Assembly: GCA_013265495.1 (NCBI GenBank)
Contig: MU057880.1
Coordinates: 464,527-528,526, forward strand
Reading direction: 5' to 3'
From: Vicugna vicugna
Lineage: Eukaryota
Length of the DNA stretch: 64,000 bases
A program made the position numbers and the translations under genes. This document shows, piece after piece, positions 50,101-63,098 of this stretch (position 1 is the stretch's first letter; each line of letters opens with the position of its first letter). Under the pieces are notes generated by a model that saw only the letters and a list, made by a program, of their open reading frames with translations, was not told the origin of the DNA and did not search any database.

Positions 50101-50619
50101 CCTGCTGTAGGAGTGAGTTACCCAGGCAAGGACTTGGGTAACAAGCAACGAGGCAGGTGTCAGTCGGTAACTCAGAGACAATAAAGGTGGGAGATGTAGT
50201 GGATGGTGTGGTTGGGGGAGGGGGCCGTCTTAGACCAGGCACCTGGGACTGAGTGAGGGACATTTGAGACGGAAGGTGAATAAACACAAAGGACCCAAGC
50301 TCCACAGATGGGAGGAACAGAGGGCACCAGCCCTTAGGGAGGAGAGTGGAGGGTGCTCAGGAAGCTGGAGAAGGTCAAGGTAACTGGAGGGCAGGAGAGC
50401 GGGGACGGCCGAGGGGAGAGAGGACAAAGGAGCTCAGAGTCAGAGGAGCCAATCCTACTGAAAAGTAGGCGATGCAGCCACTGGGCAATTAACATGACCC
50501 AAACATGCTTTATAAATCCTTCTGTTGGGGTGGTGGGGGAGACACGTCAGGAGGGAGGGAGTGAGGTGTGCCCTCGGGACCACAGCAAACACACAAATGA
50601 TGGACTTTCAAAATCTAAT

Positions 50620-51326
50620 CTGTTTGGTCCAGCCATTATGGAGGACAGTATGGGGATTCCTCAAGAAACTAAAAGTAGACTCGCCCTGTGACCCAGCAAT
50701 CCCACTCCTGGGCGTATGTCCAGAGGGAACCCTAACTCAAAAAGACACCTGCACCCCAGTGTTCACAGCAACACTAAATACAATAGCCAAGACATGGAAA
50801 CAGCCTAAACGTCCATTGACAGATGACTGGATAAAGAAGCTGTGGTATATTCGCACAATGGAATACTACTCAGTCATAAAAAAGAATAAAAGAATGCCAT
50901 TTGCAGCAACATGGACGGGCCCGGAGATTATCATTCTAAGTGAAGTAAGTCAGACAGAGAAAAAAATATATCATATGATACCACTCATATGTGGAATCTA
51001 AAACAAACAAACAAAAAGACACAAACGAACTTATTTACAAAACAGAGACAGACTCACATAGAAAACTTATGGCTCTCAGAGGGTAAAGGGGGTCGGGAGG
51101 GATAAATTGGGAGTTTTAGATTTGCAGATACTAATTACTATACATAAAACAGCTAAACAACAAATTCATACTGTATAGCACAAGGAAATATATTCAGTAT
51201 CTTGTAGTAACCTAGAATGAAAAATATGAAAATGAATATATGCATGTATATGTATGACTGAATATGATGCTGTACACCAGAAATTGACACAACATTGTAA
51301 ACTGACTAAACTTCTGTAAAAAAAAA
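50620..51326 (+). mobile_element. 5'-truncated L1: ORF2 C-terminus, 3'UTR and A-tail
   Basis: ORF 50525..51001 encodes [10 protein letters not shown]...DPAIPLLG...WIKKLWYIRTMEYYSVIKK...SEVSQ; the 3'UTR resembles the copy at 38441. Confidence 0.93.
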
Positions 51327-52734
51327 TGGAGGAAAGGAAACCCTGACGGTACCTAGAGGGGCCTCTGTAATCAACTGTTTAACTTTCTCAAAAGATAAAA
51401 ATCCCATCTGCATGAAGTACCATGAGGGTGGCTGGTTATGTCATGACTGCTACAACACTCCAGTAGTTAGTTCTGGCCTCCCATTAATCATGCGGGTGCC
51501 TGACCAAGTCTCTGAGGAACAAGGAGTCAGATGATAAAAACGCTCAAGTTATTACAGAGTGGAAATGTATCCAATATTCTAACAAAATGAATATTTATTT
51601 TGACCAAAATACCTAACCAGCGATTAGCATCAGGAGGTCATAAATTATCATATGAAATTGTGGGAAAACTACACGACTAGTTCCAAGTGGTTTGCGTGAC
51701 GCAAGAAGATCATTTTCCTTCCTTTGTAGCTCAGTGTCCTCACCAGCGTAGACGCAGCAAGGTCCGTCCTACCCGCCTCACAAGACAGATCTGACACTGG
51801 AGAGCCACTGGGAAAGAGCCCTAGCAACGTAAAGCGCTCTGCAAGTGACAGTCCGGGTATAAAAGCACCGCCGCAGACCTGAAGGACTTTCAGGGATTCA
51901 TTTAGCATAATCTTATTTCACGACCGTGGAACCACGCTGAGAAAAGTGAACTAGGGATGGCACTGTTAAAACTAGAATCCAGGCTGTGCTTTCATATAAC
52001 AGAAAAAAAATTAATTTGAATATTTTCCAAATTATCTACAGTGTAAACTGTTGCATTAATATTTTTAACAAGTATTCTGAAGAAAATACTACAAGGGAAA
52101 GCAACCTGGAGTTCATCGCTAGTGATCTATTACGCTGTGGAAACCAGAATTAACACAGGATGAATTTTAACCCCAATTCCACAATTTACACATATTACCA
52201 CAATTGCTTCTAGCAGCGCATGTAATTTTCATGATGCTAGAGGGTCGGGGTCCCGCCATGTAAGGACACAGCAAGCACCTTTATTTACCAGGTTTTGGCC
52301 TTGAATTACACGCAAGGCCTTCAAATGCAGTCTGACCTTCCACATAATCCATATTGATATTCTTTCTAAACAGAATGTCTGAATGTCTAAAACTTCATAG
52401 CATCCAAAATCCCTAACCAGCTTGTGCCAGAAATTTTTTGCTGCCTAGGTGAATAATATTTATTTCCATATTTTATGTAAATGTTAAAGAATTACATGAC
52501 TCATAACAAAATTCTGATAATTAATCACATTAATCCTAATTTATCCTTGGGGTTGCTAATGTAAATAGTCAGGGGTGGGTGGCGGCTAGCTCCTTACCGC
52601 CTTCAGTCTTCATGCCCTCCCCAATTTCATCTAAGTTTATCTAGGCGTCGGGAGAAAAACCTTCCCCAGGTGAAACAGGGATGTGCTCATTCTGATGTCT
52701 GCCTATGTCTGCACCACTGTACTGTTTATTACCT

Positions 52735-53480
52735 CAACTCATCACACATTCAGTAAATGCTTATTAAATGGCTTCTGTATGGTAAACATATTCTAGATGC
52801 TCCAGATAAAGTGCTCAATGTCACAGATGGAGTCTCTCCTCTCGCAAGGCTTGCGTTACAATGGGGAGAGACGTAATACATAAGCAGTAAAAGTATAAAC
52901 AACAAGAACATAAAGATCATCATAAACGCCTGACCGATTAATTTTTAGTATGTGGTGTAACAGAAATGCGTGAGTGGCTACTCTGAAGTGGCCTGCCGGA
53001 CCAGGGATCTGAGGGTCAAGGAGCCAGTCAGGTGAAGGTCACAGAAGACTGAATTTAGGTGCAAAAAACCCAAAACAAAAAAACCCCAAAAAAACCCCAA
53101 CTAGTGGGAAGACCGCACGGCTTGGTCTGTTAAATGAACCAAAGGAAGGTCAAGGCATGGGGGGTGGGGCAGGAGAGCAGGGAAGATGAGACCAGTCGTG
53201 CACAGCTCTGCAGGGGGTGCAGATTTTATCCCAAGTGACTGGAAGGTTTCAAAGAAATGACACAGTCCAGTTTCTAATTTTTAGCATAAGCTGGGTTGCT
53301 GTGGGAAGAATGGTGTGGAGAAGGCAAGTGCCAGGAGTCCCTGGCACCAGCCCAGGCGAGAAGATGATGCTGGCAATCACGGAGGTGGCGGGAAGACAAG
53401 GAACTCAGGCTGAGGACGGAGGAACAAACAAGACTTGCCGAGGAACGTGGAGCCCGGGGCAACCTGAAGGACCACAGAAG
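52735..53480 (-). mobile_element. L2 relic (3' part)
   Basis: cattcagtaaatgcttattaaatggcttctgtatg, followed by a purine-rich L2-like body; boundaries approximate. Confidence 0.55.
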
Positions 53481-53691
53481 ATCCGTAGGTTTGGGGCTTT
53501 AATACTTACTAGATGGTAATGCCAAGGATGGAGAGAAGGGGAGAACTGGAGGACCCTAAGGGTTCGGTGCCTGTGTGGTTGGTTGGGTTTATGTTTTTGG
53601 TGGTGCCTGTGGAACACTCGGAAATTATATGTTAGCCACGTCAAATCCAAGCTGACGACATCCACGTCATGGTATCTTGTGGGCAATGGGA

Positions 53692-53797
53692 TTTTTTTTA
53701 ATTGAGGTACAGTCAGTTACAATGTGTCAATTTCTGGGGTACAGCACTGTGTCCCAGTCATCCATATACATACATACATTCGTTTTCATATTCTTTT
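53692..53797 (-). mobile_element. Short L1 3' end
   Basis: ttttttaattgaggtacagtcagttacaatgtgtcaatttctgg is the reverse complement of the L1 ends at about 38780 and 51310. Confidence 0.8.
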
Positions 53798-54123
53798 GGA
53801 ATACACAGTCTTGGATTTCATGAGAATCAAACAATGGATGTCTGGTTTTGGGGTAAAAACATTGTAAAAGTTTTCTCATTAAGTGCTTCCAGGTTAATAT
53901 ATACAAAAATAATAATAAATGATGATCGAGATGATTATGATAATGAAGAGGATATTTTGCTCTATACTGTGATGGGGTGATGATTCTTGAAATCAACAAA
54001 CAGACGGGTCATAAGAGGTAAAAGGTCTTGAGTTTTCTGTTCTCTTGAGCTAAGCTATTAATGTAAAGGTGTTAGATACATACTAGCAAAACAAAACAAA
54101 ACAAAACAAAAAAACAACGTAGT

Positions 54124-54248
54124 TGGGGATATAGGTCAGTGGTAGAGCCTGTGCTTAGCATGCGCAAGGGTTCTTGGTTCAATCTCCAGTGCCTCCATTA
54201 AATAAACAAACAAACAAACCTAATTACCTACCCACCCCTTGAAAAAAA
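54124..54248 (+). mobile_element. Vic-1-like SINE (more diverged)
   Basis: ggggatataggtcagtggtagagc...cttagcatgc...ggttcaatctccagtgcctcc...cctaattacc followed by an A-tail. Confidence 0.83.
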
Positions 54249-55155
54249 GTAGCCCCAGAGGAATGAATAATGGAACTCATTTATATTTTAAAGAAAGGTT
54301 CGCTTCAACATCTAGGATTTGGCTCATAGACTCTCTTAAAGAATGTGAGAAATACCTAGCACCTCCTCCTCACGTATAAACCTAATAAAAGTCCAGGTGA
54401 GATGAACTTGGCTAGATGTGTGCCACTGGACAGGGGCCTCCATAAATAAAGTCTGCTCCTCCACGCTTTCAATTTTATCAACGGGATCAGCAGACCCCCG
54501 CAGATAGAAAGCTACTTCCTTTTACATCTCAATTCATGGGACTCACTTAAAGACCAGAACCGAGACAAACTAAAGAGCAACCAAGACACCGATAACAAAC
54601 CACGTCAGGCAAACCAGAGGTCTTCCCTCGAAGGCCATGGTCTTCTCTGTTGTCCTCTGATGCATTAAACCAGCTGTCTTCATATCAAAGTAGATATATG
54701 CGTGCCTTCACATATGACTGAATGGGGCTTATTTAATGTAGTCTACCAACTATGGGAAACTAGGGGATGAGAAACATATTCCAATTACGGAAAACTGGAG
54801 AAGGAAAAATGACAAATATCGAAGGTGGAAAAACAATCTCCGGTCCAGGCAGAGAGAGTAAATTAAGAGACACCTTTCATTCCAAAGTGAGTAACTGGCT
54901 TCCAAGGAGTAAGGATGGGAAAGCTGATATGCTACACACTTGCCAAGAATTCTATACATTCCATATATCCCAGTCACCGATGGGTCAGATCTCTAAGATG
55001 TTTTGAAGTGAACGGACAACAAAAAAGTAAGATGTGATCAACTTTAACGCAGGAAAGGGGGTAATGGGTATGGATCTGAATGAGCACCTGAGAAGTCAGG
55101 TAGGGCATACCCCCACAGGGACACTGCTTCACTAATCTCAGTGCACATGACTGGC

Positions 55156-55189
<34 letters not shown>

Positions 55190-55190
55190 C
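55156..55190 (+). repeat. Compound (TG)13(CG)4 microsatellite
   Basis: Read directly. Confidence 0.92.
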
Positions 55191-56999
55191 CTACATATTT
55201 CTAACCCGAATCCTCCTTAGGGTGGTTAGAGTTACTATGTACCTCAGGAAAAATTCTGGAAGTGTTCAACTTCACAATTTCTGGAGGCTCCTTGGGGTGA
55301 TGTGTGTAAGAAGACGCTATGGAAGTGTCTCCCTCCAATTCGGCGGGGAGACAAGGGAACACTTGGGCGAGGAGGTTAAGCTGATCAGGTCGGTGCGCTC
55401 CTGCGTCAGAGAAGGCAGCGGGGTCTCTCCCGGCTGATCTGGGGCAAACAGTTCTGGAGGAACAATGGCCATTCTGGTGGACTTGCTATGGGAAGTCGGA
55501 AGAGGAGCCAACACACCAGGTTTGGGAGCTCTGATGCCACTTCCCAGTAAAGAAACTTCAGCCAGAAGTTGGTCACTTTTCTTAAATTGAAGTATGTATG
55601 ATTTCACTGAGAAACAGCCTAACATAAAATATGTTACACTTAGCACGTAAGAATTTTGGAGCTAACACCTCTTCTGGCACTGATTCTCAATTTTTCCTGC
55701 ATGTGAATTTTGGGGGGAGGGAGCATGAACTCATGGCTGAAGAATCTGCCAACTGCTTGAATCGCGCTGCGGAGAAGCGTCACCGAGGAGCTGGGAATCT
55801 GAGTCACTTAATATCAGGCTTCAGCTAAATTCTTACATGGTTACATAACACCACTAATTTTTAAGAACAAGAAAGGGTTTTTTTTAAAATGTCAGGGCAT
55901 TAGGATTTCCTCTGTTTTTCTCACTACAAAAATGTCTTGTCGGACCCTTCCAACGTCTATGCGTCTGTTCCTTATTGCTCTCCTCTTGAAGAATGAAAGC
56001 TCTCAGCATCCTCGGATAGATGCCCATTATCCACCTGACTCTCCAAGATGATGTCTTTCTGGAGGCTAACAACTCCTCTCCGTGATAACACTGCACGTTT
56101 ACAAAATAAGGGATAATACGAAGAAAATTCCACTGCAGTCGTTAAAATATCACTCGAATCCCAGTGGATTCACACATCATCAAACAACTGAATTAAAAAT
56201 GACGAACCAAGCTTCAAACCCCGGATGCTTCACACCGTGCAGATAACACGTTTGAAGGAATAACAAAAGTTTTCACTCAAGCTTTGACATCCTGACATGA
56301 AGCAGACATAAATTTTAAATTTGGGGAAATGAAGAGAGAACATTTTTGAAAATCAAGTTTTAAAAATCCTTTTGAACCTGTACACGATTATTTCCCCCAG
56401 ATTAGCTGTAGTAAAATTAGAAAAACAAACATGTAAGTTCTATGCTTATGATTAAGCGAAGGCATCCTTTGGTGAAAACAAGTGTCACCAACCAGTAACA
56501 TCAATTTGCTTAAAGCTGCAAGAGCTTTTTTTCCTAGAATTTTAAAAGCGATGAAAAAAAAAAAAACAGATGAAAGAAGATATTATTGTAACTTAATATG
56601 TAACATTGTGTCTAGAGCAACAAGAAAGCAAATGACCACGTTCCTCTTACATGCTCAGCATTAAATTATCTTTTCAAGAAGCAAAGGCATTTTTTGAACC
56701 GATAAAGCAATATGTACAGTAAAGAGGTACAAAATTCCCACATCTTGGCCTTTAAAATGCTCTTCTTATAAGCAAGCAGCCTTTAGGAACCCCATAATGA
56801 CTATCTTAAATCCCCGGAATCGCAACAGAAAAACGCTGTGGAGCATAATGCATCGTGGCATATTTAAATATGACCCCAAATTCCGTGCTTCTATAATCTA
56901 TATTAAGTTGTGAGCAGATAAAGGCATTTCTACCTTGCTCGGTTCTCTAAGCAAAGGTTAAGCAGAAAGGCCAGCCCTAGGAAGAAACAGAATACATAC

Positions 57000-57161
57000 C
57001 ATGATAGCCTCTTTCGTTAGAAACGGCAAGAAGAACAGATTTAAATTAAGACTTGGTGTATAAAAGCTGAAAGCATAGAATTTGTATCCACATAATGAAC
57101 TGATGTCTCCTCTAAAGACGTCAGATTGCTGTTCAGCTAAACTATCTAAAAATACCTCCTT

Positions 57162-57165
<4 letters not shown>
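57000..57165 (-). promoter_or_regulatory. RAPGEF2: Candidate alternative first exon/promoter of RAPGEF2, ending ATG|gtatgt
   Basis: Donor directly after an ATG with A at -3, phase 0 like the 35390 acceptor; CRE-like and MEF2-like motifs nearby. No transcript evidence. Confidence 0.4.

Positions 57166-57199
<34 letters not shown>
57166..57199 (+). repeat. (AC)17 microsatellite
   Basis: Read directly. Confidence 0.93.
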
Positions 57200-57201
<2 letters not shown>

Positions 57202-59549
57202 AATGACTACAAAGACAGGTCTTACTAAGCAGCTCTGCTTGCACAAAATCACTTAATAAGTGGGGAACATTTTTAAAGTACTTATGAAAAATTTAATAGG
57301 CATTTTTCTTAGCAACTGTGATCTTTTATGAGCTATTCTGAAAACCAGTACCAATTTGAAAAAAAAACAGTCAATGATGGATGGTAAAGCCGACCATCAT
57401 CGATCCAAGATGTTCAATCATCTTCTATGAACTTGAAATTAGAGAAAGAAAAACACATCTCTGAACTGTGGTCAACATTCTGCTTGAAAACCAAAAAAGG
57501 GAAACCCTCTGACTGAAAATCAGGAATCTAACTCATGGAAGCTATAGTGTGTCAGCCCCTGCCCCAGGTGTGGAATCCCCTCAAACACCCTATGAAGTAG
57601 GCATCACCAACAGTGCTGTGTGGACCAGGAAAACTGGTCCAGAACATTTAAGTAATCTGCCTGATGCCACACAGCTACAAGGAAGGGGCAGGACCCTGCA
57701 CCACGTGTGACTGACCCTGGATGTCATATCTAATGTCGGTGACTGACAGCCACATAGGCTTTACAGTTCGCAGAAAGGCTCTGAAAACGTCAACCCTTTT
57801 TATATTTTCCTTATTTAAACCTCAAGTTTTTCATGTGCCAAATGCGGAAAATCTCATTCTGTTCCTAGCTTTTGTTTTTGTTTTTGTTTTGTTTTGTTCT
57901 GTTTTTAGAGCAGAGAAAGGTTCATTGCAGGGCCAAGCAAGGACAGGCAGTTTGTGCTCAAAACACCTGAACTCCCCTAGTGTTGTCTTGATGACTGGAG
58001 AAAATACATGTAAAGCATTTAGCAAAATAATGTAACTATTACTGCAATCAAAACAACATGGTGAGGGGGACCAGCACTGTGGTCGTGATCTCCACTTCGA
58101 ATCGAGGAAACAAACTTCACAAAGTTAAATGACTTGCCTACAGTTGCAAAGTTAGTCAACCTCAGAACGAGGACGCAAAGCAAGGTCCCCATACGTAAAG
58201 CATTTTATTGTCGTCCTACACAAAAAACTTGGCTGGGAGAGTTCGTTCCTTTCTATTTCTACAGGGAAAGGGTCAGTTGAAATCAAGATTTTGCTTAAAG
58301 GTCCTCATCATGTGCATGAAGATGACTGCACTGGGGGCGGCAGTGAGTGAGCTTGGCTCCAGGGACAGTTCAGTGTGCATCCCTCGTGCCCTCCAGCTCC
58401 AGCTAACACTTCAAAGCCACTCATGAACTTTATTATAAAGCAGCTAACGGCAGTATCTTTTCCCACGGCATCTCTGGATAGCACTGGCAGGAGGGAACAG
58501 ACTGAAAACAGGAAAGAAATCACGTACAGTCACACGTACACCTGAGGTTAACAAAGCCAGTACTTGATTCATCCACTTCCAAGGATGTTCTGCCATTCTG
58601 CCCAGGACACGGCCCCGCCCATCTCCCTACTTACAGAGAACGGATACCCAACCCGGGGCCGCCAGCATGGCCAACACAAGACTGTTCTCAGCGCAAGGAG
58701 GGCCACGCGCGTTGGATTTCAGGTCACTTCTTTCCAGGTTAAAGAACCGCTTTCCACAAGTTATGATCATATTCCACGGTCCCAAGAACAGGTGTTAAAG
58801 TGATGCAAGTTAAAGAACCGTCAAAATTGTAACGAAGGTGGACCCAGTTATTATTCATATCTGTATTTTAAACGGCTAAGACAATGCTGCTAAGTCTGTC
58901 TGGCTGAGAACTCTTTCTCTGGCTATCGGCTAAAATTAGCTCCTTATAAATCAGTACCTAACAAATTAAGAGACTATTAATATCATTCACCAGCAAGTCA
59001 AAAACAGGATTCTTTCCTATATTCAAGTCTGGTATCAGAGTAATATGAGAGCGCTCTGGAGAACCACACAGATGGGAAGTCTCAGATAAGTACCAAGACC
59101 TTCCTGTAAAAAGTTGAATTAACAAGGGGAAACTTTCACGTAACGAGGTAATTCTTCAACACAAAATGGTATTCTTGCAATGCGGGCCAAGCTTCATGGG
59201 GGACAAAATATATTGCTTTTATTTCCTTCAAGATCAAAGGACTCTTTATTTTATGGTGGGCATGGCAGTTACCACATCACATATATGAAATCCCTCTGAA
59301 ACGTACCCTAAAGGAAATCAACACTGAACGCAGGGGTTGGAGTCACCTGTTCTCAGACTTCCTGACAAGAATTAGAACCCACAGGATGCGTAGAAGACAA
59401 GGAAGTGGGGTATCCCTGAAATAATGTACTTGGAGCAATTTAGGCACCTCTTGTAGCTTCCAGAAGAGATCCCCACGTGCACACGTGTGTATGTGTGTGC
59501 ATGTGTGTGTGTGTGTCTACAACAAAGGACTGTCACGGGCTCCCCCGTG

Positions 59550-60130
59550 TCTTAGCTGTGTGACTTCGGGAAAGTTACCTGACTTCTCTACGCCTTGATT
59601 TCTTTGTGCCTAAAAAGAGGACAACCTACTTATGTTGTTGTGAGGGTCACATGATAACATATGAGAAGTGTTCAGAACTCTGCCTAAGAGCACAGGAAGC
59701 CTTCAACTGTAGCTAATGACGCTATTGCTTTTCTTGGGGGGGGGCTGTAATGCTGAACTAGTAAACAGAAAGCTGCTTGCTGAGCACGGACTTGTAGAGA
59801 AAAAAAGCAAATCAACTTAAGGACGCGTCGTCTAAGCAGAGGGAAAACCTAACACACAGCCTCTGACCCACCTGCAAGGCAGGTTTCATCTTCCTTACCT
59901 CCTGGATAAGCAACGTCTTTTTAAAAATATAAGAACTGTGCTTACTATGGGCCATGAATTACTCTAAGCACTTTACGGACGTACCTCTGATCTCCTCACG
60001 ACCCTATTATCTCCATTTTACAAATGAGGATTCCTTGCCACAGAAAAACTAAACAACGTAGCTACTAGGGTCACTCGGCAAGTGAGGGCCAAGTCAGAAC
60101 ATAGCTCTGACCATGAGGCTACGGTGCTCA
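59550..60130. mobile_element. Two oppositely oriented MIR relics (about 59550-59710 on +, about 59935-60130 on -)
   Basis: cttagctgtgtgacttcgggaaagttacctgacttctct on the first; attatctccattttacaaatgagga on the second. Confidence 0.6.
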
Positions 60131-60810
60131 CCAATCCCTTGTCTTCCTGTAGCTTTCTGCACCAAGGTGACCACTGCTCAGGTGACAGTTTTCATTACCA
60201 CGTGTACAAACTATCCCCTAGACTGGGTTATTTTTACAGGTGGGTGACTACTGGGAGTGGCTTCACTTTCTGAGTGAGAGCCCCCCTCGCCCACGCACGG
60301 CTCGGTTCCGGGAACTCCTGCGGACCCCTGGGCAGTGACCGCAGTATCCAGGTTCCTTGGGGGCAGGAACAATTCAGCGACATATCAATGACACGAGCAC
60401 GGCAGTGAACCCTTGAGGGAGCAGCACATCTCTACCCTCATCTCACCTCGGGCTCCTAGCTCCTCTGTGAGGATGACTCTGATGCGCTACTTAAAGCCTC
60501 CAAAATCTCTCTGTTCCAAATGCCTTTGTTTCACCCTCACCCAGCGGGTGGGCTCCCGCTGCCCGGCACCCTCCTGGCCCCCCACCTGTGAGACTCAGGG
60601 CGCAGGTCAGCAGGTTCCCTCCCGCTGCTCATCTGGGAGCAAGTCTGCGACAGGGGCCACGACTTCCCGCCGAACAACCAAGACCAAACCCACAACACAC
60701 TTCCCTCAAACCAGCGACTTTCTGTATCCAGTTCCACGACGACACGCCTGCTGCTGTGACCGTAACACACAAACACTGCTGTGTTAAGCGCTTAATCTCA
60801 CTAATGTGGC

Positions 60811-60913
60811 TACCATAACATTTCACGGACTCAAGCATACACAGCTTCTTTTTCATTTTAGCATCTTTGAAATCAGGACCCATCTCACAGTCAGTGAAAA
60901 GAAAATACTAGGT
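60811..60913. mobile_element. TcMar-Tc2 DNA transposon relic (MER104-like)
   Basis: taccataacatttcacggactcaag...cattttagcatctttgaaatcagg...gtgaaa...atactaggt resembles the MER104 consensus as I recall it. Confidence 0.55.
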
Positions 60914-63026
60914 CATTTAAAGTCAGGTGGACCGACCCACAGGGTCTTGGATTAGTCACTCTGTCCAGATCATCAGATGGTCTGAGTACCTGACCGGGAC
61001 GCCCAGACTTTGGAACCCAAACTGTGAACACTGTCACCTGCCCCAACACACTTTGATTTCCTCATTCTCCCACCATTAGTGGCTTTCTGATTATGACATA
61101 CGTCTACAGCAGGAGGCCAAAGCTCTCGGACCCGACATGCAAAGGCCTCCCCGTCTCCCTCCAACCTGCCTTCCTCCAGCTGCCCTCCATCCCAGCCATG
61201 CTGGTCCCCTCACCGCTGTATGCAAACCCCTTCCACTCAGTGCTTGCCCTCATTCTGTATACCTGCCAAGAAGGCCCCCATTTCCATTTCCCTTCCACCC
61301 TGCTCATCTCCGCTCCTCGCCTGCGGCACAGCTCATGCCTGACTTCCCTCTCCGTGGACCACTCCAGGCACACGTGACATTCCCGCCGGGCACTCCTTCC
61401 GCACTTCCCATCCCTCCTGCTCCCCCTGCCTTTAAATATATGCTACTCCAACCAGACACACAAGTTTCAAATCATATTTTGAAATCACTTTTATAGGACT
61501 TGGATAAAACCCACAAGGAAATGTTCAAAATGCATCATTAATTTTCTCTTTTCAAAAGGCAAGTAAGTAGAACACGTAATTTCAAAACAAACAAAATTAA
61601 ACTTAGGTGAAAAAAAGCACAACATTCACATTACCTTCTGTATTTTTTCATCCCCACTACAGTCCATTTTTCCCAGTGGTTTGAGAACACTGCGGCACTC
61701 ATCAGTGGGTTTCTGATATAAAAGCGCATTTCTTTTAATCCATATACTTTAATACCAATATAGATCTACTTCTTACTAGCTACTGATTTAGTAGGTACTC
61801 AGTTTGACAAGTTATTTCGCTGACACCGAAGGCACTTTTATTGAATGAGGACTGTAATCTATATTCTCCTCTTCTGTTCAAAGGCAGACCCTACATAGTC
61901 TTGCTCTGAGAAAAAACTGAGGCATTTAGGTTACCCACGGCTCTTTTTCTGGAGCAAAATGAACTTTTCCTGTAATATCACTACTGTCAACTTCTGTGAT
62001 GTTTTCCCTTCAAAGACATTCCTTACATCTTATTTACGTCAGGTTGTTTTTTTTTTTCAGGGAGGCATGACGAAAACAGGACAATAAAGGGCAGAGAAGT
62101 CTGGAAATACGCCAACTAAAGGAGCACAGTGAAAGGACGTCTGGGATAAAAGACAGACGTGCAGCAGGGATGGGAAGCGGAGAGGAAAGCCGTCCCGGGT
62201 GTTCACATTTCTCTAGCTAAGCTATTTAGAAGTTCACTTCTTTCTCTGTTGACACTTTAATACTGGCTTCTCGTATCTTAAACTTTTGCATAAACTTTAA
62301 GAAAAGCACAATGATGGGACTACAGCAAACTTTATTAAAACCACCCTGTATTCTTTCTTTCCCATATTGGAATGGAATTCCAACACTAACTAAAGAAGCT
62401 CGTAAGTAAATAACTTTTCCCTCAATTTAAAAAATATTATACATAATGCACTGATCATGTTATATATTAATATATATTATATGGCAAACGTTAAAACTAT
62501 AAAACAGACAAAGCAGCTTGTGACAGAAGGTTCATAATCGTTACAACGTGTCTCTGAAGTAAGGTTGTCCTTAAATGCATCTTCTACATATATTTGGGGG
62601 CAGCCAGGTGGGTGGGGACGGAATCAAGAACAAATATTGCCAGACAAAATGCGAGGGTATAATATAAACAAGATTTCTACAATACGAGGATATGTATCAA
62701 AGTGTTACCAATGGTTTTATCTGGACGGTATAATTGTGATTCTCTTTCTGTCCTTGTCTTCACTTGTTTTCTATTTTTTCTTTAAAGAACATAAGTATAG
62801 CTACATATTTTTTAAATTAAAAATTATGCACAAAACTAAAAACAAAGTAATCATGGACAAACCCCAGACCAAACTGCTCCCTAAACAGCCATCACACAAA
62901 ACAAAATGAGCACCGAAAATCAGTCTGGCTATTCAAAGGGTATCTCTTATAAATAAGGTAATAATTTTGAATTATTTTTATATTGAGGCCAGTGTTACCC
63001 CTAAAATAGTATGCATGATTTTGACT

Positions 63027-63098
63027 TTTTAAAAATATATTTTTATTAAAGTATAGTCAGTTTACAACATTGTATCAATTTCTGGTATACAGTACAAT
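63027..63098 (-). mobile_element. Very short L1 3' end
   Basis: gtatagtcagtttacaacattgtatcaatttctggtatacagtac; flanks atgattttg and atgatttttg resemble a TSD. Confidence 0.75.

Noticed and set aside
59899..59916. Possible 18-nt microexon (TLLIQE) with a strong GAG|gtaagg donor
   Set aside because: The acceptor is a poor aaaaag, it abuts a MIR relic, and the peptide matches nothing I recall from RAPGEF2.
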